Translations under genes and position numbers: made by a program
The notes under the pieces: generated by a model
Database searches by the model: none
What the model was told of the DNA's origin: nothing
The model's input: the letters and a program-made list of their open reading frames with translations, nothing else
Origin: Rozella allomycis CSF55
Lineage: Eukaryota
Assembly: GCA_000442015.1 (NCBI GenBank)
Contig: KE561209.1
Location: forward strand, 186,001 to 250,000
Direction: 5' to 3'
Length of the DNA stretch: 64,000 nucleotides
Part shown: piece after piece, positions 16,399-28,736 of the stretch
Numbering within the stretch: position 1 is the stretch's first letter
How the letters are laid out: the number at the start of each line of letters is the position of its first letter

Positions 16399-17692
16399 AT
16401 GAAACCACATATTCCTAGAAAATATTGCTTTGTCATTCATTGTCGAGCATATAGTCAAGACAAGGCGCATCAATTAAATTGGTTTCCTGGGCATATGGCC
16501 AAAGGCTTGAGGCTCCTCGAATTCTACTCTAAAAAGGTTGATCTGGTGATAGAAGTTCGAGATGCAAGAATATCCTTTTTGTTAATATATTAAATACAAA
16601 CAGATCTTCTTAACTTCAAGTTCCATTCTCTTCAGAAAACCCCATGATACGCGACGTTTTCAAGAATGACAAACAGAGGCTGATATTATTCAATAAGTGC
16701 GATTTAGCCGACAAAAAGATGACAAAAGTACTGTAATATTTCCGCACATACTAAGTTTGTAATAGAACGTTTTCGCAAAGAGGGTTTGCAATGCGCTGCA
16801 ATAAACGCCAAGTGCCGCAAAGATGTGTCGAATGTATTAGACACAGTTAAGAAAATATTTTTACCAGATAACGATCGAGTATTAAAGCCAAGGACAAAAA
16901 TGATTATTGTTGGAGCTCCAAATGGTAACATGCATTTCATTCGATGGTTCTAGTTGGAAAATCAACTTTAATTAATAACTTCAGGTCGATGGCATTAGGA
17001 ATAGCAGGTAAAGCGGTGCCTGTTGGAAAAATCCCTGGTATTACAAAGACCACGGTAAGTAAATATGCTTTATATGACCCGGGTCAAATGATTAAAGTCA
17101 ATCAACATCCACTTGTTTACATGCTAGATTCTCCTGGTAGATCTTCTTTTAATTTTAATAATTAAGGGATTCTAGTTCCCAACATAACAAATATGAATAT
17201 CGCTTGTAAACTATTGATTGTTGGATGCGTGAAAGAAGGAATGATTGAACCTGTAATCGCAGCTAAGCAATTTATAAAATTAATGAATGAAGCTAGAAAT
17301 GAAAAGTAACCTGTATTTTGCGGATTTATTTATACAGGTACTTTAAATTTATCGGCCTTAATGCTCCAGTCAGTGAAGACGAAGAGCATAAATTTCTCAG
17401 GCAAATATGCAACCACCATAAAATATTTAAATCAGGTGGTGATTACGATTTTCAGAGAGCCTTTGAATTCGTTCTTCGACGATTTCGTGATGGTCACTTT
17501 GGAAGAATATCATTGGATGAGCCCCACGATTTAGGATGTTTAAAAAAAGAATTACAAATGAAAAGATTTATGAAATCACTAACTAGGCGCGAGAGAAAAG
17601 AAGTGAAAGACTCCAGATCTTCAAATGAAATGGAGATCCAGGAAAGGGTGCAAAACTTTCTCGGCAGAGAATCAATAAATTTGGATGATTAA
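16399..17692 (+). CDS. MTG1: Mitochondrial ribosome-associated GTPase MTG1 (RbgA/YlqF family)
   Basis: WFPGHMAKG, IEVRDAR, NKCDL, GAPNVGKST, LDSPG, GRISLD. Confidence 0.93.
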
Positions 17693-17786
17693 TATTGTTT
17701 TTAATTTAATTAAATAATTCTTATTTTTTTCTTGAGGGGAATTGTTTTTACAAGGCTCGGAAATTTTGCAATTTGTGAGAACGGTT

Positions 17787-19454
17787 ATGAGAAACTCGAT
17801 TACAGGATCGAGTGCAAAAATATCAGAGTTACAAAATGATCAATGCAAGGAAATTCTTCATGTGCATGTAAAAGACAAAGATGAAATTAAATTAATATAC
17901 GATTTTGGCGAAGTGTTAGGCCAGTAATTCATCTTGGAATTTATTTTTTAGAGGCGGCTTTGGAACAGTTAGATTAGTGAAAGAAAAGGGCACAGAAAAT
18001 ATTTACGCTGCAAAAGTTGTGAAGAAGAGTATCGGATCTCCATTGAGGCTAGAACAGATGGAGCGCGAGGTTGAAATATTGAAGCACGTGTCACATCCTT
18101 GCATTGTAAAGGTTAAAGAGGTATATGATACTCCAAAAGCTATATACATGATCATGGAATGGTAAAAAGTGGAGAAGAATTGAAGTAGGTGCCAAGGCGG
18201 AGATTTAGTAGACTACGTGAGCAAAATGAAGGAAATAAATGAAAGTCATATAAGAGTTATTATGAACAAGATTATGGACGCCATTGGTATTTCTGTGGAT
18301 TTGAGATAACATAGCGTTCCTTCATGATAATGGGATTGTGCATAGAGACTTAAAAGTAAATTATTCAGCTCTTATTGAAAGCCTGAAAACATTCTTTTGA
18401 GAAAGACTGGGGATCTTGGTTTTGATTTATGTGTGAGTGATTTTGGACTTGCAACTCTCAATGGAACATCAATGACAATTGGAACAAGCGAAATGATGGA
18501 TAACATGGTAGGAACAACGACTTACATGGGTAATTGATGCATAAGATGTCATATCAGCACCTGAAGTTCAGGGTAATGTAGGCTACTCAAAACAATGCGA
18601 TATATGGAGTGTAGGTGTAATGATGTTTCTACTGTAATAATTAATTGAGTATAAAAATAGCTTCTGCAAATTTGATAAAGAGGCAATGGTTAATCTTAGA
18701 GAAATGGTTGACTCTAAGAAAATTGCCTTTGAGGGCCCACGATGGGAGGGAATATCTAATGCGGGTATTGTAAATAAATGTTTTAAAATAAAGCCAAACA
18801 TTGTATCGAGAGAATGCTTAGACTGGATCCAGCTGAGCGCGCAACTGCTAAAGAAATTCTCAAACATCCCTGGATGCTGGTAAACATTAAACTTAATAGG
18901 ATATTGAGGGCCATGAAGATGTCGATTCAAAATATAATGCGACTGCTACTGTTTTAGATATGATGAGAAGTTACAACTCTGAGCGTCGATTAAAGGTAAT
19001 CATTTCATTATCAAGAAAGGAGAAAATAATGTTTGTTGTTTATGCAGCGTGTATATTGAGCTATCCTTATTTGCCGAAGTCTCTTGAATACCACGATGAA
19101 GAAGAAAACGAATCTCATTCAATGGAATTGCCATCTATTAATATAGGACCCAAGCATCAACCAAAAAAGACAACGTCTACACCCTCATTACCAGATATCG
19201 CAAAGTCTTCCAGGAGTAGCAAAACATCTGAGATATCCAAACATGAAAAACCAAATCTAAATAAGAACTTTGGAGGGTCGAGTAAACGACTCTCCACGAT
19301 ATCTCTTCAAACGAACAAAGGCAATCACCGAATCAGCAACGATGATATTTCTCCTCAACCGAGATCAAAGACGGGAAGTGTTTCCGATGTATCCAATTAT
19401 CGAAGGACATCAGTAGACAACAGGCTAAGAAAAAAAGAAGGCGCCAAAAAATAA
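17787..19454 (+). CDS. CAMK-group Ser/Thr kinase, STK33-like
   Basis: LGQGGFG, EREVEILKHVSHP, HRDLKPEN, SDFGLA, GTTTYMAPEV, YSKQCDIWS, TVLDMMR motif. Confidence 0.8.
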
Positions 19455-19480
19455 ATTTTATATAGAATTCAAACAAATGA

Positions 19481-19951
19481 TCAGTTCGAGTCGTAATCGA
19501 TTACTAATCCTTTTATCTTTGGTTTAGAATCATTTGTTGGTTTCTTTACAGCCTTTTTAATTAACTTCTTTTGGTTCAAAGATTCTGATATTGATGTATT
19601 CTTTTTCTTGGAGCCTTTAATTTCCATATTTTTTTCCTCCAATGGCTTGATTACAACTGATTCTTGGTCCATTTTGTATTTTAGCAGCGCATAATTTTCT
19701 TCTTCTTTTGAAGCTTGATACTTTTCTTTCATTTCATCATAAAGCTCTTTATAATGAAAGTATTCATCATCGTCTATTCTTTTTAAGGTATTATTCAAAC
19801 GATTTCTCTCCCTCCACATTTCTTCTTTTAACTCTTTTTGTTCTAAAATTCTCTCACTTAATGATTTTATCGGTTCAGAGGGCGGTTTAGGGGCATTCTT
19901 TATTTTTTCTTTTTCATTTACTTTTTCCACTATATTATCCCATTCTGACAT
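19481..19951 (-). CDS. FAM192A/NIP30 (PSME3IP1)-like protein
   Basis: SLSERILEQKELKEE...IDDDE..F and C-terminal GLVIDYDS. Confidence 0.7.
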   Translation of the reverse strand: MSEWDNIVEKVNEKEKIKNAPKPPSEPIKSLSERILEQKELKEEMWRERNRLNNTLKRIDDDEYFHYKELYDEMKEKYQASKEEENYALLKYKMDQESVVIKPLEEKNMEIKGSKKKNTSISESLNQKKLIKKAVKKPTNDSKPKIKGLVIDYDSN

Positions 19952-19975
19952 GCTTCAGATTCGTAAATTTGCAAA

Positions 19976-20212
19976 ATGGATTCCATGAAAGAAAAGGTCT
20001 TTAATTCTGCCAAAAAAGTTGACAAATATCACGATGAATTAATAGATTTTGTCTATGCCTTGCCTGAGACCCTAGACAATTTTGAATCTGACTATGAGGT
20101 ATTGTTCAAATTTGACAGTGTATAGATGATAGAAAAGGATTTAATGCAACAATATGACTATAACAACAATCTTTTATTACAGCTGATCAGTGCGTTGGAC
20201 AATAAAAAATAA
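19976..20212 (+). CDS. Small hypothetical coiled-coil protein (~69 aa, two exons; absent from ORF track)
   Basis: MDSMKEKVF...ESDYE | 27-nt GT-AG intron | MIEKDL...LDNKK*. Confidence 0.5.
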
Positions 20213-20257
20213 ATCATGTGATGGAGTCTCTTTAACTTTACGAAATATCTAATTTTT

Positions 20258-20941
20258 ATGAACCGAAAAACGCCCGATGAATTAAGAGCTCTAAAGGTAG
20301 CGGATTTAAAAAAAGAGCTTGGGAAATACGGTTTGCTCTTGACTGGTAAAAAGGAAGAGCTTATTGACAGATTAATTTGCTATTATGAGTAAAATAAATG
20401 CTCAAAGTATACTAGAACATCCGTTGAAAAAAAGCCTAAAGAGCCTGTAATTGAAATTGAAGATCACAGTGAAACTATTTTAACCCACGATGACAATGAA
20501 AGTAATGCAACCGAAAATAAAGATTTGTCTACTGTGATTAATATAAATAAAGAACTCAGTGAAGATGAGAAAAGAAAATTAAGAGCACAAAAGTTTGGAA
20601 TTGAATTGAGTGAAGAAGATAAAAAGAAAACGAGAGCACAGAGATTTAGTCAATCTGGAATAGATACGGTAACAAAATAGCAATAAATGATATTAGAATA
20701 ATTTAGACGTATTAAAAAAGAGGCAAGAAAGATTTAATTTTACAGGAAAAGCTTTGGATTCTGCAGAAAACGAAGAAAAACTTAGAAAACGAAGAGAAAG
20801 ATTCGGGTTAGTGGAACCGAACAAGGATTTTGAAAATAAAAAGGTATTTTTTGATGGTAGTTAAAACAGGGTAACAGTAATAGACATGGAGTAGGATTTA
20901 ATCGGGGCAGGAGAGGAAAGCGATCATTTCGTCCATATTAA
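20258..20941 (+). CDS. THO1: SAP-domain RNP Tho1/SARNP (absent from ORF track)
   Basis: SAP motif LKVADLKKELGKYGL..TGKKEELIDRL; repeated KRKLRAQKFG / KKRQERF / RKRRERFG; three GT-AG introns. Confidence 0.85.
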
Positions 20942-20992
20942 GCAGTACAATAAAATATAAATTTAGTTGAATTTAATGCATTTAAATTTATT

Positions 20993-23130
20993 TTATGTTG
21001 TTGGAATTTTCGTGCTGTTCGAATAACGCCTAGAATTCCTTCTAGGTTGAAATTGAACCGAATTCAATGATTCGACAGATCTATCGAAACCTCGATCGTA
21101 TTTATCAGGCATATGATCTAATACCATTGTTTTGCTAACGAGTATTTCGACAAAGTTTTCAGGGCTATTCTTTTCGATTACGGTGAATTTTGGGTTGGTC
21201 GGGGTGGGTTTTACGTACAAATGGTAGACAGTACCAGGAACATATAGCTGGAATATTTCAATGTATTAATTACTTTTTGATATGATAAAGCAGAAGTCTG
21301 AACCATTATAGCATTCCTGCATTCATCTAGTTTCTTCATCAAGTATTTTGACTTTTCGGATTTTGCCTCTTTACCAGCAATGATCCTCATAAGTTCTTTA
21401 AAATGGCTGTGACAATTTTCAGCGGCACACAGAATCATCGTCTTTAAATCCATCTTGTTGCGATATTGAGGAATACTTACCATCGATCCATAAGATGCGC
21501 GTGAAACAATATCTTCGCCATATATATATGAATGGATGTAATGTGAATATCTTTTTGAAATGTCAAGAGACACAACGCACGGCGGTGCGTATGCGTAACA
21601 TTCTATTTTGAACTTTTCTCGTTTAGGAAATTCATGGTAATGATCTTGAAGCATGATTGTTAACAAGGCTGCTGTACCTGCTCCTAAAGAATGGCCAACT
21701 ATCATCAAGTTCTCAACGTTGTAAATTGATACAAAGGAAATCAGTTGGCCAAGAACATTATCAATGAACCATTGTGCACTGGCATGAATTCCAGAATGAA
21801 CTAGCCCACCTTTCCACGGCTTATATTCACACACAAGGTCTGTTAAAGAATCTTTAAAGCTCATTGTGCCACGTATGCTTAAAATTATTGCAGATGTTCT
21901 TCTGTCAATTGCAATGAAATAACAAGGCCTGAAGACTTTTTCACTTGCTAGTTCAAAATTTAAAAGATCTGGTTTCTGAAGAGAAAGATATTCCAGAACA
22001 CTCTTTTCATCAGATTTGGACCGCACAGAGTCAGCAATGTATCCATTCCCCTTACCAAAGAAATTTAGCCCCTTCCATCCATAAGCTGCCATAGAAAATT
22101 TATAATAATGGCGAGATCTTTCAGCAAATTCCATAGAGTTGACCAAATCCCCGGTTCTTGGTCTAAAATTGAATGAAAACATAAAATTAACCTTGGGACG
22201 TGGAGATAAAAATTCTCTAATATGAAAATACTGGCGATCAATGTGGCATTACTAATCTCTAAGCCTTGGTTATAAGCCACCAAGATTGATTGAATTCCAC
22301 GAAGAACAGCAAGGGTTTCTTTACTAACAATGTAAGATCCAATTGTTTCCAGAAAAGAAACTCCTTTAGAAATTTCAGCCTCGGTCTCTAGAAATGTTTC
22401 TGTTGTTGAATAATCTGATGGTTGAACTGAAGAAATTTCATCATTGTCAGCCAAACTAGATTTACTTTTCCATTCGTTTATTAAATCTTCGAAAGAAATT
22501 TGCTTTTCTTTATCCTTCAACGTATTTTCATCTTCCACTTCTTCTTGGATCTCTTCTGGCACTTCAAACCCCATTCTGGAGATTGGGTTTACAGGATCTG
22601 GATCTGGCTTTTGAAATTGATATTTGATTGACACTTGAATAGCCCCAATATTATCTGAATAAATCGACCGTCTTCCTACTTCTGAAACACTGCTGGGAGC
22701 TTTTCTTTTATGCCAAATTTCAAACCAACTATATTTAAAGCAATATCCAACATACCAAGTAAACGGACATGGTATGCCTTCAAGCAATGAGATTCTTATC
22801 TCAGCCCTTCCAATATATCGGTCAGCTAAAACCAAATTGGAATCATAAACGTCCATCTTTTATTAATTTCTAGTTTTATTACATGAATAGACCAGAATAA
22901 TTGAGCGTGATATGTAACATTGAACTCAAATCCTTCATTCCAGTCTCCAATGGATGTATACGATGCCGATGTTCTGCAAACTTGATTTCCCAAAGAAAGT
23001 CTAATGTAAGGCCTCTTAATATCCATTGAAGAAGACATCTGCAGCACAGTCAGGTATAGCTTTGCAGAATGTGATAATTCCGAACCTTATATAACACACT
23101 ATTCCATTAGATACTCTGACTTGTTGACAT
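20993..23130 (-). CDS. C2-domain + class 3 lipase (DAG-lipase-like)
   Basis: C2-like PYIRLSLG..WNEGFEF; SIRGT, VHSG, GHSLG nucleophile, YAYAPP, DIVSR, MVLDHMP. Confidence 0.85.
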
Positions 23131-23163
23131 AAATCACTAAATCCAAAATCTGAAATTTCAGAA

Positions 23164-25110
23164 ATGACATGTCTTAGAGCAAAGCAAACTTTGGCTTTAA
23201 CAGAAATGTTAAAGTCTGTAGATAGTCTGTTCAAAGTCCTAATTTATGATGCTAAAAGCCAAGAAATTATCTCGCCACTCTTAAAGGTCTCCGATTTAAG
23301 AGATTTGGGAGTCACCATATTTTTAGCATTGCAAAGCGAAAGGATGTCTGTAGATGACGTACCCGCGGTTTATTTTGTAGAGCCAAGATTGTACAGTATC
23401 AGGAGAATAAGTCAAGTATACAATTGGTTTTGCATTTTCTGTAGGATCTCGAAAAAGGACTATATGAACAATTTTACTTGAATTTTACAAGTAGTTTGCC
23501 AAGACCGTTGCTTGAAGAGTTGGTTAGCTTAACTGTGAATAACCAAACCTATGGCAAAATTGTCAAAGTTTATGATCAATATCTAAATTTTGTAACCTTG
23601 GAAGACTACTTGTTTTCGTTACAAGCACATGATTCTTTTTCTATTATTCATGGACCGACCACTTCTCAGACAGTCATTGATGAATTTATTGACAAGACAA
23701 CCCAGGGGTTATTTTCATTATGTGTGACACTCGGTATTGATTTAAATTTAATATAACTAGGTGTTGTACCATCAATTAAAGCATCCAAAGGCAATGCCGC
23801 TGAAATTATCGCTTCCAAAATCGAATCGCGTTTGAGAGATTACATGTTGAATAACAGAAATGTGACTACCAACAGTGATGTTTTCAAACAAAGACCAGGT
23901 AAAAATATTCAAATTAATTAATTTCTGTTTTAATTCTATTGGATAGACATTTGGATTTGGGGATTATGATAAAGCACACTTGGAGTTATTCTACATTGGT
24001 ACACGACGTCTTGAATATGAATTTAAATAAAATTTCGATAAATGTTAATGAGAATGGACAAACCAGCAGAAAAATCGTTAGTGTGGATGACAAGGACTTT
24101 TTTTGGAAGACAAACTTCTTTGAGCCATTTCCACAAGTGGCAGAGAGAATCGATGAAGAAATTACAAAATATAAAAAAGAAGTTGAAGAAGTGACAAGAA
24201 TGGGTGGTGTTGAAAGCATCAACGATCTCAACCCATCGGACAATCAGTTTAACGCTCAACAACTGAAAGTCGCTATTTCAGCAGTTCCAAAATTAACAGA
24301 AAGGAAAAGAATAATTGACATGCACATGAATTTAGCAACATGCCTTTTAGATGAAATAAAGACGAGAACTATTGATAACTTTATAGCGTTGGAAGAAGAT
24401 TTCAATAAAACAACCAAAACGCAAATTTTAGACATTTTGAATGGCCAGAGTTCTTCCAATGACAAACTTCGTCTCGTTATTGCCTCTATTTTAGCGAACC
24501 CTGGTCAAGACTATTCTGATTTAAAAACAAAATTAGAATCATTGAATATCAACATAAGCGCCATTAGGTTTATTGAAAAGTAAAATTTAAATTAATGGGT
24601 TCATAGAAATCGTTCGTTGGGAAGAATGACTGACAAAAATGTGAAAGTGAGTAGCTCTAATTCGTCACAAGATTTGTTTGGAAAGTTTAAATTACCAGAA
24701 AATTTTAGAGAGGGCTCCTCTATTCTTGGAGGAGCTCTTGGTAATTTGATGTCCGGAGTTAAAAAGTTGTTTCCTGTTCATTCCGACTCAATAATTACAA
24801 GGATGATAGATTCCATATTATTAAATGAACAAGAATCAGAAAGTGATTTTGTTTCATTAGATCCAACGCAATCAAAAGCAGATAAGAAGGGGAAGAATAC
24901 CACGCCCGTAGCACCAAAGGAAGATGCGATAGTGTTTCTTGTAGGCGGTGGAAACTATTTGGAATACCAAAATATACAAGAATATTGCACAGTAAATGTT
25001 TTTTACTTGTATTATAGCGAACGAAACGAAAAATTATCTATGGGGCAACGGAAATTGTAACCCCTGACAAATTTCTAAACCAATTGCAAGAACTAGGAAT
25101 TCCAAAATAA
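23164..25110 (+). CDS. SLY1: Sec1/Munc18 protein Sly1 (SCFD1)
   Basis: FKVLIYD, IISPLLKVSDLRDLGVT, DVPAVYFVEP, IDMHMNLAT, AIVFLVGGGNYLEYQN. Confidence 0.95.
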
Positions 25111-25226
25111 AAACATTGATAAAATTCATTTGCTATTTGCAAATATTGCATATTTCGACTTCCTTCGTCTAGAATAAAAAATGTGCGAGGACCCTTTATT
25201 GTTACTTTTGATGATCACAAACCACA

Positions 25227-25297
25227 GCGTCAGTGGTTTAGTGGTAAAATTAGCCCCTGCCACGGGTTAGCCCCGAGTTCGATTCTCGGCTGACGCA
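25227..25297 (+). tRNA. tRNA-Gly (GCC)
   Basis: GCGTCAG/CTGACGC acceptor stem, D-loop AGTGGTA, anticodon loop CTGCCAC, T-arm CCGAG-TTCGATT-CTCGG, followed by a T5 terminator. Confidence 0.95.
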
Positions 25298-25424
25298 TCT
25301 TTTTGGACAATTAAATTTTCTTTATGATTTGCCAATTCAACTTTTCATTTATATTCCATTCAAATATAACCCTAGCCTAAGCAGAAACATGTTTGTTTTG
25401 GAAAGCATTGATATACATCGCTTA

Positions 25425-25620
25425 TTTTTTTTTTTTTAAATATATACAATTAAGTCAATAATCGTATTTATTAAGGATGAGGGATCCACATCGTCAAAGT
25501 CACCAAGGAGTCGAACCCTGCCTCACCCTAAAACCCCGGAAAATTCGGAAACATGGATGGGGTTCGAACCATGCACCTAGACGTCCAAAAGGATCTAAGT
25601 TTGCCACTAGACCACCGGAC
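25425..25620 (-). mobile_element. tRNA-derived SINE-like element or tRNA-like Pol III ncRNA
   Basis: Minus strand: A box TGGTCTAGTGG, B box GGTTCGAACCC, second B box GGTTCGACTCC, then AATAAA and an A13 tract; acceptor stem not formed. Confidence 0.5.
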
Positions 25621-25660
25621 AGTCATTTGTCTTTTCGTAACTTGTAAATTTCCGACAAGT

Positions 25661-26087
25661 ATGACCACGAGAAAACCCAGATCACAAAGGTAAATTTCTT
25701 TTTAATGTAATGTTTTGGTATGTTAATGGTGCATTTGGTCCATCTCAGCAAAGCTACGCTCCCGCTCAACCAATAGCCACTGTGCAAGAATACGAAGATC
25801 ATACTTCGCACTATGTTAACAGACTGTCGTCTAAAGTTGATACGCTGAAATCAGTATTCTTTTATATATGTTTTTATTAGATCAGCATAGACATAGGCAA
25901 GGAGGTTAATGAACAAAATCAATTTCTAGATTCTATGCGAACTGATTTTGAAAAGTCCGAAAATGTGCTTAGTCAAACATTAATGCGTTTAAGAGTTATG
26001 GCTGCAACTCAAGGGGGTGGTATGTTTTTGTACTTGACTCTTTTTATCGTCGGTGTTGTTAGCTTCATTTATTTTAAGGTTTTATAA
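25661..26087 (+). CDS. BET1: Qc-SNARE Bet1 (absent from ORF track)
   Basis: LSSKVDTLKS|ISIDIGKEVNEQNQFLDSM..DF, C-terminal TM anchor; start 25661 or 25710. Confidence 0.88.
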
Positions 26088-26137
26088 TTTAAAACATCAT
26101 AGAATCCCTCGCATAAACTATTTATTGTAAAATAAAC

Positions 26138-27391
26138 TTAAAAATCAACTTGTTGAGTTTGAGACGGAACACATTCCACTGGACAGTAGGGGCATTTGAA
26201 GCGACTAAACTTAAATAATGTAATAGATTACTTGTTATTTCCTTTTGATAATTTTGTAACTGCCTCCTTGCTAAGTATATGTCCACATGGCAATATCATA
26301 GGTGGGTTTTCGTCAGTCGATGTTTGTTTCATAACTGGACAAGCAAACACTGAGTGGAAAGAGTATTTTATGGGAAGTTCAATTTCGATCTCTTTTGATT
26401 ATATTTAGAATTTACCGGAAGTTCGTTTTGTTGAGTCCATTCAGCCTTCTTTTCTTTTACAATTGTTGAAAGCTTCTGTAGTTTTGGGAGGGCTACAGCA
26501 CTCGCTTCCAGAGCCAGCAATAAAGGATCAGTATTGGGTAATCCAATCTTCGAGCAAAATTCATTCATGAGCATATTCTCAACAGTCTCCCATTGTTCAT
26601 CCATCGAAATCGACGGGATCAATTGGCTTCCCATAGGGTAAAGCAGAAAAGACATTAATTTTTGTATTTCTTTAATCTGGGATGCTCCAAAATCCTTAAA
26701 ATTTGCCCTGGCGTATTCCAAAGCCTTTTTGCTTCCAAATGCTTTTTGAGTCATCAAAAATCCAGTCTTGTACAACTCAAACTTTAGAGGAGACTTTCTT
26801 TCGCTTAAAAATTTCTCGTTTCTATTTGCCCATCTTTGTCCGAAAGATGCTTAGCATTTACTTTAAGGCTTCATCCAGTTTTTTCATCTTTAAAGAGTGA
26901 ACTATGATAAATAATTCGTTAAGAGCGTTCTTCATTTCATTGGGAAGGGGCAAGGCTGCTTCCTTTATACGTCAATTAATTCAAATACCTTGCTTAAGGT
27001 CTCACTTACACTAAACTTTCCATTTCTGAGATAGTGATGCATGATTGCAGTCATTAATGCGTCTTTTTGATCATTAGTAATCTCGGATGTTGCCGTTTGA
27101 TCCATTTCATCACCCTTGAATTTCTAACTTGGTGTAATTTGGCAATCTTTACTTTTTCCACCTGCTTTGAGAATTTAGAAATATTCAAACTAGTTGTCTT
27201 GCATTGGGCGGAAAGCGATTCTATGGTTCTCATGGCGCATTTGACGCTATTCTCAATCGATTGAACTAAATTAGTCAGTTTTGGACTTTACTATCACTAG
27301 ACTCTTCAAAAAGTGAACATATATATGATAAAGCTTTTGAAGTAGATTGAAATTGCGCACTCACAGATTCAGATGTCTTATCAAATTCCAT
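26138..27391 (-). CDS. GID/CTLH complex RING subunit RMND5/Gid2
   Basis: LisH-like IMHHYLRNGKFSV, ELPIEIEL, FHSVFACPV, NPPM..PCGH, FKCPYCP. Confidence 0.88.
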
Positions 27392-27510
27392 GTATGACAA
27401 TGACAAGGGGTCAATATCATATAATCAATGTGATCATAGAAATTATTATTATTTTATTATTTTATTCCTTACGCTGTGTTCCAATCGTTTCAAATGCCGA
27501 CTCAGCCATT

Positions 27511-28200
27511 ATGCAAACTGAATACTTTTCATCCACGAGCGATAGTGATTCCTGCGACATTGGCTGGGTTAACAGTTTTCTAAACCACAAAGGAAATGAA
27601 TATTATTGCGAAGTCGATCAAGAATATATCCTTGATAAATTCAACTTGGCTGGTTTGCCCAGTGAAGTTAAAGATTTTGAGAAAGCATATGAGATAATAA
27701 TCGATGAGGCAGGTAAAATATATTCTGTATTTTTATTTCGATTTCGATGAAGAAAATGAAGAACTCTACTATTCAGCGTGTCATTTGTATGGCTTAATCC
27801 ATTCTAGATATATAATTTCGCCAAAAGGGTTGTCTAAAATGGTACACAAACGTTTTTAATTTAATTTTTAAGCAATCCAAATTTAAACAAGCAACTTTCG
27901 GTAAGTGTCAGAGAACACTATGCCAAGAATTTCCACTACTACCAGTTGGGATTAGCGACGCTCCTGGAATGGCTCATGTATATCTTTATTGCGCAAAATG
28001 CAGTAATTATGGCATTTATTTGTTTAAAAGATGATGTTTACAGTCCAAGTCACACAATATACAAATCAATCGATGGTTGTCATTTTGGGAGGACCTTTCC
28101 CCATTTCTTCTTTTTGACTTTCCCAAACTTATTTCCTTTAGAAAAACCAATGACTTATAAACCTAGAATGTTCGGTTTCAAACTGAATGGTTTAGAATAA
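27511..28200 (+). CDS. CKB: Casein kinase II beta subunit
   Basis: WVNSF...GNEYYCEVDQEYILDKFNL, LYGLIHSRY, FGKC.R..C, IDGCHFGRTFPH, PRMFGFK. Confidence 0.92.
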
Positions 28201-28250
28201 AGCAGTTGTACCAAAAATGCATATGATTTATTTTAATAAATATTAAAATA

Positions 28251-28705
28251 TTAAGACTTTTCTTCTACGCAAACAAGTGATTCATAGTTATTTGAGTCTG
28301 TCGAAACAAATACAATTGTGTCTTCTGTCATGGGATCGTATATACAACGTAGATCGACGTCCTTTTCTACCGTTTCATCTTCATTGGATGATTCAACAGG
28401 AGAATTTGTTGAGGATGTTTTTTTACCCTCTTCCTCATTCACTGGATTTTCTTTTGAACCTCTTTTGTACGCAACTTTTTTTAATTTTGATCTGCTTTCA
28501 GGATTCAATTTTCTCTTGTTTACTTTAACTCTATCTTCATTAATTACTAATTTTACGCTGAATTCAGAACTAGTTCTTGTGACTGAGATATCTGATGTGA
28601 AACAGTTGATCTGGTATTCGAACCTCTTAGCTGTCCACATATTTCACAAGAGTATGATATCATCTGGTTATGAAAAGTGCAAGTTGGACATTCCCAAAAA
28701 GACAT
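28251..28705 (-). CDS. RanBP2-type zinc-finger protein
   Basis: WECPTCTFHN....SCEICG N-terminus spliced (26-nt GT-AG) into a K/E-rich ORF. Confidence 0.65.
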
Positions 28706-28736
28706 CGAAATCTCAACGGTGGAGCAGCCACATTTA

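Noticed and set aside
25520-25560. GGAAAATTCGG resembling RNase P RNA CR-I
   Set aside because: No matching CR-V/P4 partner found; opposite-strand A/B boxes explain the region better
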